The notes under the pieces are model-generated. The model did not search any database, was not told the origin of the DNA, and worked only from the letters and a program-made list of their open reading frames with translations. Position numbers and translations under genes: made by a program. A stretch of 64,000 nucleotides of DNA from Azolla caroliniana (Eukaryota; Plantae; Polypodiophyta). The stretch spans positions 7,440,001-7,504,000 of the forward strand of contig JBHGNT010000004.1 in the NCBI GenBank assembly GCA_043228905.1, given 5' to 3'. Position 1 is the stretch's first letter. Each line of letters opens with the position of its first letter. Shown one piece after another: positions 1 to 11,341 of this stretch.

Positions 1-409
1 AATGCAGATGACATAGATAACACAGATACAAGAGATTCAATTACAATAACCATGGCAATTACAACGATGGCAACCCTGCAGAGAATGATGGTAGAGGAAG
101 AGAGAGCTCGGTTCCCAGTCCGACAACACCTCCTTCTTTTTCCCAAAACGTGATACCCCTTCTTCTCCCCTTCCTTTTTATAGGTCGCCGAGGAGGCCGT
201 TACATCAAAACGCTCTAACTTTATTCTCTGTCCTTCGAACAGAGATACACATTGATTTCCTAATTAGTAAATATCTCTTACCTAGTATGTTTATATCAGT
301 TGCCCTATTCCTAGTTATGTACAAAGTATAAATTCGCACACACTCATGCAAAGGCGGGTTCACGCCTTTAATTCTTTGATTCTTCTTAGGGGCGGTTTTC
401 TTCACGACA
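1..409 (-). repeat. 3' LTR of element A (partial)
   Basis: Matches ~6342-6754; minus-strand terminus TGTCGTGAA directly follows the G-rich PPT-like tract. Confidence 0.93.
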
Positions 410-482
410 TCCGCCCCCACCAAACCGCACGTCCACCGGTACGTGCCAGATTGTCCATCTGCCGGAGAAGACCGGCCCGTGA

Positions 483-3400
483 TCATTCTTCATCCTTCGA
501 GTAACCGTCCACGATGGTCCAGTCGTTACCATCATTCGTGCTTGCCGGGTCCGATCCATCGGCATGCCGTTTCTTGAACACCTTTATCCGCTTACTGGCC
601 ACCGGTACCGCTATCCGCGCTTCGTCGAGCTCTGCAAGATGATACGTGCCGTTGTCATTCGTGCTCGCCACGGTGTAGGGACCGAACCACCTCTTCACAA
701 ACTTATGCGTTGGCTTGTGTTGATTATCGAGGCTATTGTCGTAGACCAGCACCCAGTCGCCTTCTTTGATCTTCTCTGGCCGTAGTCGATGTGTTCGGTC
801 GAACCTGTCTTTGTTCCTTTCCCTTGCCGTACGCAGCTTCACCTTTGCCCGTTCCACGTCCTCCGGTCTTTGCTCGAGCTACTGAATCCGCGCCGCCAAC
901 AACTCTTCCCGGATCATCTCGCCCTTCCAATCTATCACCGCCCACGAGGAGATCGTCCGTTCCACCGACATGTACCCAGTCACTGAACTATGCATCGTTC
1001 GGTCTGCCCATAGTGCGTAGGGTAGGAGGCGCGGCCAATTCCCGACCTGGCCTCTGCAGGCCCGCACCAATGCCTTTACGATTGGCCCATGCCCGCGTTC
1101 TACCTTCCCGTTGGCCTCCGGATTGTATGCCGTGCTGAGAGAGGGCTTGACCCCTAGTCGGTCGAATAGCTCCTCAACTTCTTGTGCATCCAGCTCTCCT
1201 TGGTCCGCTACGATCTTCCCCACACACCCGTACCAGCATACTACCTCTTTGATAAGAAACCGGCACACCGCCGCAGTCGTCTTGTTCTATAATGCGCGGC
1301 CCTCCACCTGGTTCGTCAGATCCTCCCATGCAAGCACCAGGTACCGCATCTACCCTACCCCCATTAGCATCGTTACTAAGTCTACCATCCATTTGAAATG
1401 GACGGTTGGCGGGTAGTCGGGTGTAGCTCATCTCGATGTCGGACTGTGGAGTGCAGCTGACAACTTTCACACGTCGTCACGAATTGGTACACATCCCGGT
1501 ACAACCCCGGCCACCAATACTTCTCTTAATGGATGGTTGGCGGGTAGTCGGGTGTAGCTCATCTCGATGTCGAATTGTAGAGTGCAGCTGAAAACTTTCG
1601 CACGTCGTCACGTATTGGTACACATCTCAGTACAACCCCGACCACCAATACTTCTCTTTCAGTTTCTCGAACGTAGCCCACGTCCCGCGGTGTCCGGCCC
1701 AAGGACTCTCGTGGTACGCCGTTAACAACTTGTCCTGCTCGTCCTTTCTTGCCACTATGCAAAGCAGAACGCCGCCTTGCTTCTTTGGGATCCTCCATAT
1801 ACTTCCGTCCCGTAGGAAGAATCAGTACGCTTTCTTTCGAATCTGGTTAGCCTCCTCTCTGGGCCATGCCATGTCCGACGTCATTGTCCTAAGGAACCTT
1901 CCAATCTGGAGCCACTCCTCGTCGTACTCGCTCTCGTCGAACTTGTTAAGTGCCGGAGCGCTCCCTACCCTTGTCGCTACGCGAGCCGACTTGAAGAAGT
2001 CCACGCCGACTTCTTCGTCCTCCGAAACCATGCTGTTCTTGTCGTCGAACCACACTCTAGAAAGCATGTCGGCCATGGTGTTGTCCTTTCCGGGGATGTG
2101 TCGTATCTCTGGATCTAGGGACTTGATGTACACGATCCACCTGAGCATTGCTAGGTCTGGAGTCACGCATCCAGAAACCATATTGAGGATCGGCAGGCAG
2201 TCTGTCACGATGACTACTTCTGTCCCAATCAAGTAGTATTTATTAGCCTTGATCGACGAAACAATACCTCATAGTTCGCGCTGAACTTGGGCGTATCCTT
2301 GCTGCCGCTCACTGAGAACCTTCGCCCCGAACCGGATCAGGTACCGCGTGCTGCTCTCGTCCTCCTGATTGATCACCCATCCTATCCCTGTCAAGCTCTG
2401 ATCTACGGTTATGTAGATTGGGACCCCCTTGACGTAAACCGCTTTCCAGAGAGCTGGCACCGCAAAAAGCCTCTCTTTCAGTCTCCGGATTGACTCTGTA
2501 TGCTCCTTCCCCCATTCGAACTTACGCTTCTTCAGCAGCCCGTAGAGTGGTTCCGCGATGTGTGCATAGTGCGGAATCCAGATGTGATAGAAGGCACACA
2601 CCCCCAAGAACCTTCGGACCTCCGTTACCGACCCACATTCGTCCTTCATCGCGGAGATGGCCTCCACCTTCGCCGGAGACGGTTTCCGGCCGTAAGGCCC
2701 GCACAAGTGCCCGGCTACTAGGATCTCCGACTGCCCGAAAGTTGACTTCTCTCCAGAGAAGGTGAGTCGCGCGCTCTCAAGCCTTTGTAGCACCTTCTCA
2801 CAGTCTTTGATGTGGTCCGCAACAAACCTCCGGCAACCGACTCATCCTTATCTTCCACCGAACATCCCTTTATCGGTATGTTGTCCCTTAGGACCTTGTT
2901 CATAGCGTTCACCATGTGCGCCACCGAGTTGGTCCCTCCTTGCGGCAAGGTACACATCCGTACTAGGCTGAGAGGAGTCCGCATCGTCGTAATATCCCTG
3001 TTCTCCACGGCTAGTTGGAACTGGTCGTACCCTGAGTATAGATCCCTGACCGAATAGATCGACCTTTCGGCGAAGGCTTCCGTGAACTCGTCAATGGTCG
3101 GCCCGATCCCTGCATTCTGAATGGTCACCTTGTTGACAGGCTGCAGGTCTTGAATGAAGCGCAATGTGCCGTTCTTCTTAGGCACGGTAAACCACCGATT
3201 CGAGTATGGGCACTCGATGGTTCGAGGATGCCCATCTCCACCTTCTGCTTTAGCAGCTCCATTAGCTTCGGGATGTGAGCTTTGGGTATTGGAATCGGTT
3301 TGAGATTCCATGGCACATGTGGTATCATAAAGATAACCATCGGCTCAATGATCGTCGAGTCCATGCACCCGATCTCTTCCGGAGAGAATGCAAAGGCCTT

Positions 3401-3990
3401 CCCGTGCCTCCTGAGCATTCCCCAAAACCATTCCTCCTCCACCGGCAGTAGAAAGCCACCCCCACCAACCTTGAGCTCCTGTAGCATTATGTCGGTGAAC
3501 CGGTGTCCTATGCTGACCAGATCCCGTAAACTCGGGTCCCACGCGACCCCCTTTATCCATTCCTCGCTGCCCTCTGGCAAGGGTGCCACGACTGGCCTCA
3601 CCTTCCGGTCCACAGTCTTGTACTTTGTATCCACGCAGGCCGTCCGATCCGACTTGACCCTTTCCCCGAAGTCGGCAATTACTTCGTACATCCCCATTGG
3701 GTTAAACCGGAATCATCCGGTCTTCACTGAGGCCTTCTTCGATCACCTTCCCGATTTCCCTGTGGGTGTCGTCGAAAGAGACCGCCTCCACGCCTCCACT
3801 AATTTCCTCATCGGGATCGAGGACTCCGCATGTCCTGAGTTGTTCCTCTACCCGCTTCTTCTCCTGGCCAACGATGCCGGCTATCGTACAACCTCCACTA
3901 TCGGAGAACCAAAACTTCCTACCTATGGTACAGGTGTGGGGATTCTCCGGGGCATCCAGACTACCTTGGCCCCACACCTTGATAACCCTC
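483..3990 (-). pseudogene. pol: pol (RT-RNase H-integrase) of element A, disrupted
   Basis: ORF fragments 3125-3697, 2718-3311, 2269-2793, 1822-2232, 879-1268 and 483-857. The RT xxDD catalytic segment is missing (NAMNKVLRD joined directly to NIPIKGC). Confidence 0.9.
1397..1658. repeat. 131-bp tandem duplication in the integrase zinc-finger region of A
   Basis: 1397-1527 and 1528-1658 align with about 10 mismatches counted by eye. Confidence 0.92.
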
Positions 3991-3991
3991 T

Positions 3992-6100
3992 CTAAAAAAC
4001 CCCTTGTTCGCCGCTGCCAAGGGTTTCGCGGTTCCTCTCATGGTTCGGTCGTACGGTCAGGAATTGGACGGAGTGCCGTCCATCTTGGCTCTTTATGCGC
4101 ACGTATGCCGAACCATTATCTAGCACCCTTGTCTCCATACGCGCTGCTGTAATGTACGACTCGCCGAGTATCCCTGGGTGCGAGGATGTCTCCTGCACGA
4201 AAAAGTGTTGATCGATCTCGACGTTGCCGATCTTGACGCGTACATTCGGGCATGCCCCATGCAGCTCCTCCGTAGCGCGGCGACGCATATTTTTCAGCCG
4301 TGCTTGGTGTTGATCAGCCACTTCCCCTTTGTATAGAAGTCCATGGACATCAAGTTGATCTCCGAGTCGTGGTCTATCAATGCTACCACAGGGGTCTCTG
4401 TAGTGGCCCTGGTCTAGTGTGACCTTGAGTAGTGGCTATCTGCCAACTCGTCTTCCAGGGCCGCATCCTCTAGGTGCGCCGTCCGCACCTCCACCTGCTT
4501 CTCCGGTTCCGGTTCTGTAGAGAACCGGTTGTGCTTCGGTAAATCCACAATGGAATCGTGGAATTCCTTCTTCGCAATCCCAAGCACTTCCCGTAAAGAT
4601 AGCTCGACCTTGATGTTGAGGATCCGTTCTTCTAGAACCTTCCGCAGGTCCGTTGTCCTTTCAATCTCGATGCTTAGCCGATAACCGCCCCGCTTCGTTT
4701 TGTCCGGTGCACCGGGGTTACCAGCATCGTTTTGCTTCTGCCCGAACTAGGTCTCGTACCGCTATGAGGGCCCGACACCTCCAGCCTTTCCCACGTGCTT
4801 GTCTTCTACCAGAACCTCATAGTTCTGGCATGTGGTTTCCACGAGACCGGTCTTCTCCACAACCGGATCGTCCCATCCGGTGACCTCCCAGACCCGCCGC
4901 TCTGCACGACTCGCTTCCTCCCTCATCAGTCGTGCACCGGAGAGGCCTTCTAGCATAGAGGGCCAGAAGCCAGTGTCCTTTGTTTTCCGGTCTTCGTCAC
5001 CTCCCACCCGGATCCCGGCTGATGTTGAATAATGGACGGCCTCCACATGGCGCGCCTCCGCTTCTTCCATCAACCGCTTCATCCTGCCACGCTCCAAATT
5101 CGTCTCCACCTTTCTTCGAGTATCACCAGCGTGCACCCGTCCATTCCATAGGTACACCACATTCCCCTTGAGGGCTTCAGCAAACTTCACGCAGTCTCGC
5201 CGGTTGTGTCTGACCGCTTCGCACCACATACACCGTTGTCCAGCCAGTGGCCTTCAGTTGTGTGGCTGCACTCCACTGTCTCTCCGGGCCTGCGCGATTT
5301 GCAAGTCGTGCACCACTTGTGTTAGCTCCTCGAGAGCCCTTGACCGCTTTGATTGACGTTGGGCCAGTTTCAATCGAATCCCGGGTTTCCTCCCTTTGTG
5401 CCGACGAAGGCTCATCGAACTTCCTTGCAAGGGTGGGTCCCGTCCCCGATGACTTCTCGTCACCCCACTCTCGCCGTTTGTCGAAGCGGCTGCAAACCCC
5501 TTTGACCACGGCCTAGTCGGTCGTCAGCCCATCATCTGTATCCAGCAGGAGGCCCACCTGGTCCCTATCCCACACGTCCACCGATTTGACAAACAACAAG
5601 ACATGGCTCGTGTCTAGCATGGTCCTGTCCAGCGTTGAGAGCCGTGCAAAGTGTTCTTCGAACTCCCGGAGGAGCGCCGACGCATTCCTCCCCTTCTCGG
5701 GGGTTTCAACCCACTCCAGGAAGTCCCGCTTCGATAACCGAAGCGTGTCATCAAGCCCGTACCTCTCGAGAAGCCGTGCTTCGAATTCTCCCTAGGTCCG
5801 GCATCCAGCCTGTACCTCGAGCACCTTTGCGTGGATGCCCGGTGTCGCCACCTGAGGGAATCCGGCCAGACACCTATCCTCTGGAATGTCTCTTATCACC
5901 ATCTCGGCCCGGTAGTCCACCAAATAGCTCGTGGCGTCTTTCCCACCGAATCGTCCTATCGTGCCCACAATTGCTTCCATGGCCCTGTCGAGGGCGCTTG
6001 TGCCCTCGCGAGCACTTACTATCCGATCGACCGCTGTCGCCATGGCTTCGGTGAGCTCTGATCCCCTCATCTTCGACTCCTCTGCTGCCTGGTTTCACAT
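3992..6100 (-). pseudogene. gag: gag-protease region of element A, disrupted
   Basis: Fragments 5792-6070 (GRFGGKDATSYL), 4762-5229 (C-x-W-C..H..C knuckle remnant) and 3992-4321 (protease C-terminal half, FFVQ..ILGESY). Confidence 0.8.
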
Positions 6101-6272
6101 CGGGTTCACCAAATATGTCGGGTTGTTACGCTTACGCGTGTGAAATAGGCGGGACCACGGGGGCCCTGAACTGAGGAGCGAGAGAGACAAGAGGAGGTGA
6201 GAAGCACACAAGTGTAAGGCTTACTAGACCTGCCAGCAACCGGCGACACTTACCCACTGATTGAGCCACCAA

Positions 6273-6754
6273 TGCGTATACCGACTTAATCAATGAGCAC
6301 ACTCGGGAGATGTGAAAGAAGACACTCCCGAAAACACAGATAACGCAGATGACACAGATAACACATATACAAGAGATTCAACTACAATAACCATGGCAAT
6401 TACAACAATGGCAACCTTGCGGAGAATGATGGTAGAGGAAGAGTGAGCTTGGTTCCCAGTCCGACAACACCTCCTTCTTTTTCCCAAAACGTGATACCCC
6501 TTCTTCTTCTCCCCTTCCTTTTTATAGGTCGCCGAGGAGGCCGTTACATCAAAACGCTCTAACTTTATTCTCTGTCCCTTCGGACAGAGATACGCATTGA
6601 TTTCCTAATTAGTAAATATCTCTTACCTAGTATGTTTATATTAGTTGCCCTATTCCTAGTTATGTACAAAGTATAAATTTGCACACTCTCATGCAAAGGC
6701 GGGTTCGCGCCTTCAATTCTTTGATTCTGCTTAGGGCCGGTTTTCTTCACGACA
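6273..6754 (-). repeat. 5' LTR of element A (~482 bp, TG..CA)
   Basis: Homologous to 1-409; bounded by tgcgtata..cacgaca; followed on the minus strand by TTGGTGGCTC. Confidence 0.88.
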
Positions 6755-7287
6755 GCAATTAAATGAGCAATCATTCGTGCTACTGACCCATGCATATGTT
6801 TTTTTGCAAAATTTACAATTCCAACTCCTATTTCCTGTTTGACTTCTTGTGACATTGAGACAACATGTATCCTAGTATTTGTTCTTAAGCATTTTCCTTC
6901 TTTATGTTCTACAAATCAATAAAATTGAGATGCTGAAAATGGAACATTATGCACAAAAAGAGGAGATTCAATGCTTCTCACAACAAATCGTTGGCTTTTT
7001 GAATGAGATAAAATCCTTGCAAAAGAGAATAATGGGTATAGTCTGTGATTACATCACAAAAAGGGTAGCTCAAAAGGTTGAGAGAAAAGACTATAAAAGC
7101 TTAGGAAGATTATATGAATGCATTAAAGCAAATTGAAGAACTGAAAACATTGAATAGACCAACCTTCAAGGAGGATGAGGATTATACTAGTTTAAATAAG
7201 CAACTATAGGATACTCAAGAGTATCTTTTATCTATAGAAAGAAAATACAAGAAAATATTACAGTTAAGGACATGCATAAAAGAAGAA

Positions 7288-7444
7288 AAATCAACTCTTT
7301 TGGAAGCCAAAAGGGAAGCGGAATTTACCATAACTCAGCTAAAGAGCCTTAACGCTTAACAAAATACATAAAAGTAGAAAATTCAACTCTTTTGGAAGCC
7401 AAAAGGGGAGCAGAATTTACTATCACTCCACTAAAGCGCCTTAA
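7288..7444. repeat. ~90-bp-period imperfect tandem duplication in an AT-rich decayed ORF-like region
   Basis: TCAACTCTTTTGGAAGCCAAAAGGG..GAATTTAC..CTAAAG..CCTTAA occurs at ~7290 and ~7382. Confidence 0.8.
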
Positions 7445-7839
7445 TGCTAGTGTACAAGAGAAGCTACATATGGGAAGAATTGAAGATCTTAGAACTACAA
7501 CAACAACATGAGCATGATGAATGTAAAGTCTCAATGCTTATTGATTAGATGACTTCAAAGTTCAAAATCCACATGAAGTTGTTGGAGCAAGGAATGGTCA
7601 CCCACGAGAAGGAAATGGAAAGAAAGGTCATGACTTGCACAAAGAGAACAAAACTCATAAAAACCACATTGAGGAGCTCGAAAATGAGATAGAATCTTCT
7701 TCAGATCTTAGAAACCATTAAAAAATAAACAATATCAGAACTTGAAATTTGAATACAACCAAATGGGAGGTGTACCTAATCATCAAAAATAAAAGAAAGA
7801 CAAAAATATTCACTAACCTGCTTCTTTTATTTTCTTCTG

Positions 7840-7865
7840 CTTCTTCTTCTTCTTCTTCTTCTTCT
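7840..7865 (+). repeat. (CTT)n microsatellite
   Basis: About 8 CTT units seen directly. Confidence 0.9.
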
Positions 7866-8108
7866 CTTTAGTTTGTCTTTCTTCCTTCCTTCTATTTTAC
7901 TAAAATCGTTTTTTTCTTTTGCTTTCTTTTAGGGTTTTACTTACATTTTTTTATAAATACGTATTATACCTATTTTTTTAAATATACGTTATATACCGTA
8001 TTAGACAAATGTACATGACATTTGACTGAACAACATTGACGTATAGTACGTACTATACAAATTATGAGGTATTATACGTATTGATACGTTAAATACGCAT
8101 ACGTAAAC

Positions 8109-8587
8109 TGTTAGGAAATAGGTCCCTCCGGATGGGAAGTGAGAAGAATTGTGTTGATCGGCCTCAGCCGAATCCGGAAATCGTGGAGATAGCCAACACG
8201 GAAGGCTAAACTTGTAAATAGTTGAAAGGTATATAAGTACTTAGGGCAATCATGTTAGATATGTGCGTTGTTGTAAAGTTACTGTTGACGAGGTTGTTGC
8301 CTTCGTAATTGTGAGAGTGAATGAGTGTGTGTGGAAGCGTGTGAGCTCCATAGTCGCTTGTTGGCGAAGCAGGATTTGGAGGTCGTTGCCTCTGAGATCT
8401 CTAATTGTATTCTTTTCTCTCATAGTGTTCTGTTCGGAGTTTGTGGACTCCACGTGGTTTTTCCCAGTTCGGGTTTCCACGTTAAAATCTGTGTCATTCT
8501 CAGTTTCTGTATTCTGTTTTTCCTTTCCATTAGATTGACTATTATTCCGCACACGTACAACCAATTGTGGCCGGCAACGATTTTAAC
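8109..8587 (+). mobile_element. Solo or truncated copia LTR (B), related to the LTRs of C and H
   Basis: Starts TGTTAGGAAATAGGTCCCTCCGGATGGGAAG (compare 24825). Shares the GGTTTTCCACGTTAAA and AATTGTGGCCG motifs with 9833-10320. The 3' CA is not preserved. Confidence 0.75.
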
Positions 8588-8589
8588 TC

Positions 8590-9832
8590 ATAAATAACGC
8601 GGGACTTAGGCCGTGTTGTGACCATCTCGTACATCAAGGAGCGTGTCGGTGCATACAGTACCGACTTCATATCTTCCCCCTCTGGATTGGATGGAGGACA
8701 GTCTCACTGAGAAAGCTGAATATTAATGGGGAGCGGGGTCGAAGCAGATTTGGCCGAGTGCATCTCGATAAATCCATTGAACTTCTTATACCACTATCGA
8801 GGTGCCTGCTTCAGGCCATAAGGACTCTTCTTGAGTTGACAGACTAGATGCTCTTGGCCGGCTGCAATGAAGCCTTTCAGCTAATCCACGTAAATTTCCT
8901 CCTCTAGATTGCCGTGGAGGAAGGCCATCTTCACATTTAACTGTATATGCTCCAAGTCCTCGGTGAAAAAATCTCGTCAAAGTCGCGCCATATTGTTATC
9001 GGAAACCCTTCACGACTAATCTTGTCTTATACTTGGGACAAGAAAAATACGACATCTCTTTGAGTTGATAGACCCATTTGCACGGAAGAGCACGTCGATT
9101 TTTGGTAGTTGAACCAAGTTCCATGTTTTATTGCGTTGGATTGAGTTAATCTCCGACTCCATCGCTAAGTGCTAGGTGGACGAATCGGCGCACACCGATG
9201 CTTCTTCTTATGATGTGGGTTCACCAACATATGTAAAGAAGATTCCAGGAGAGTAACTCTCCGGAGGTTGTGACAGTCTTTCGATATTTTTGGTATGACT
9301 AGGCTAGCCTAATCAGGTGTCTAGGTTAGATGGTTTGGAGCCAAAACATTTGGTTGTGTCGAACCAATTGATTCGGTGCTAGAGGTTTCAGTTATCTATG
9401 AACCTGACCTTGTGTTATGGGCTGGGCTGTCATTGAAAACCGAAACCGAAATCAGGAGGCCATATATGTAAAGAGTCGAAATGTGCCCTTTGTGGGCTAT
9501 GTATGTAAATAGCCAGAAAGTTGTATATTTATTGTGTTGGATTGAGTTAATCTCCGACTCCATCGCTAAGTGCTAGGTGGACGAATCGGCGCACACCGAT
9601 GCTTCTTCTTATGATGTGGGTTCACCAACATATGTAAAGAAGATTCCAGGAGAGTAACTCTCCGGAGGTTGCGACAGTCTTTTGATATTCTTGGTATGAC
9701 TAGGCTAGCCTAATCAGGTGTCTAGGTTAGATGGTTTGGAGCCAAAGCATTTGGTTGTGTCGAACCAATTGATTCGGTGCTAGAGGTTTCAGTTACCTAT
9801 GAACCTAACCTTGTGTTATGGGCTGGGCTATC
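8590..9832 (-). pseudogene. Decayed copia integrase-linker/RT fragment (probably the distal part of element F)
   Basis: Minus-strand translation gives FFTYVGEP, RRALPCKWVY..KYKTRLVVKGF..DFDEIF and SLMYEMVTTRP. Confidence 0.75.
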
Positions 9833-9932
9833 ATTGAAAACCGAAACCGAAATCAGGGGGCCATATATGTAAAGAGTCGAAATGTGCCCTTTGTGGGCTA
9901 TGTATGTAAATAGCCAGAAAGTTGTATATTTA
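9127..9932. repeat. 401-bp tandem duplication spanning the F/C junction
   Basis: 9127-9527 repeats at 9528-9932 (e.g. GAATCGGCG at 9182 and 9583); TTTAT microhomology at the joint. Confidence 0.93.
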
Positions 9933-11341
9933 TAAATAGAACTAGGGCAAACTTTATGTGTAGTGGAATCATTATAGTTGTAATAAGTTACACAGTGGGT
10001 CGTTGCCTTAGTAACTGAGTGTGAGTGACAATAGGTGAGTTAGAACGGAGTTGTAACTCTGTAATCGTCTGAAGACGAAGAAGAAATCAAGGTCATTGCC
10101 TTTGAGTGTTTTATTGTATATTCCTCCTACCGTATAGTGATATGTTCGGAGTACGATGACTCCACATGGTTTTTCCCTTTTCGGGTTTTCCACGTTAAAT
10201 CTTGTGTCTCTGCACTTGTGTTTTCTTTCTTCACGTTTTTTTGTCTGTGCACTATCTGTCTTGATCTTTGCACCCGAATATTATAAGTGTAACTAATTGT
10301 GGCCGTTTCCGATCCTAACAAGTGGTATCAGAGCGATGGACGAACATTTCGGTGGAATGCTCAAGTTAACCGGCTCCAACTATTCAGTGTGGAAGCCGAA
10401 AATGTGGGATATGCTCATGTGCAAGAACCTGTGGCTGCCGGTGCAATACAACTAGATGAAGCCAGACAAGATCAATGCATTGACTTGGGAAGTCATGCAT
10501 CTGAAGTCGGCTACATACATAAGGTGTTTTATAGACATGAGACTATACAACAGCTTTGATCAAAAGACGAGTGCCGACGTCCTTTGGAAGAAGATTGGCG
10601 TAATGTTCGAAAACAAGAACACCGTGAATAGAGTCTTAGTTTTCAGGAAAATCATGAGACTCCAGTATCAAGATGACTCTAGCATGGTGGAGCATATTAA
10701 TGCCTTCCAAGGACTGATGATTCAAACTACCGCTCTAGAAGTACCTCTTGCGGACGAAGTATTAACATTCTTATTATTGGGATATCTTTCGGACAACTGG
10801 AAGATGCTTGTTGTCACTTTGGGCAACGCCGGACCAGAAGGAAAGCATCTATCCAAGAGTCCATTGGTGACCCAAAGGCCTTAGTCACGGAAAGTGATAT
10901 GAATCGAGGAAGAGGCCAAAATCGAAATCTCTAGAATTGAGATAAGTCGGGGACAAGGTCGAAGTCGAGGGGAAGGCCCACATGCTTCTATTGTGGGAAG
11001 CCAGGGCACTTCCAAAAGGACTGTTGTCACATTCGAAAGGAGAAAGGGGGAGTTGATGGTGTAGAGCAGAAGAAATCCCAGATAGAAAAAACGCCGCGAG
11101 TGAAGAGGAGTTGTTGTTCACCAGTGAGCAAAATGAAGTCAATCTTGCCGGCGAAGAATCAACATGGGTGGTCGATTCAGGTGCATCATTTCACCTAACC
11201 CCCGACTGAAAGTGCTTCTCATCATACAAAGCCGGAGACCACGGTTTCGTGAAGGTGGGGAATGAAGGAGCATGTCGATTTGTCGGCATAGGAGAAGTGT
11301 GTTTGGTAACGTCAACCGGGTGCAGACTTGTGTTGAAAGAT

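Larger units (their letters stand above)
1..6754 (-). mobile_element. Ty3/gypsy LTR retrotransposon A, decayed; 3' LTR runs off the window start
   Basis: Direct repeats at 1-409 and 6273-6754. Minus-strand domain order is gag, protease (ALIDHDSEIN, ~4360-4390), RT (WFTVPKKNGTLRFIQDLQP, DLYSGYDQF), RNase H (TDCLPIL..DNTMADMLSR) and integrase (YNPEANGKVERGH, WFGPY). PPT-like tract at 410-422; TGG-starting PBS-like site at ~6255-6271. Confidence 0.95.

Noticed and set aside
3282-3995. 237-aa plus-strand ORF and the many similar antisense ORFs
   Set aside because: These are shadow frames opposite retrotransposon pol; their Ser/Phe-rich composition is typical of antisense translation.
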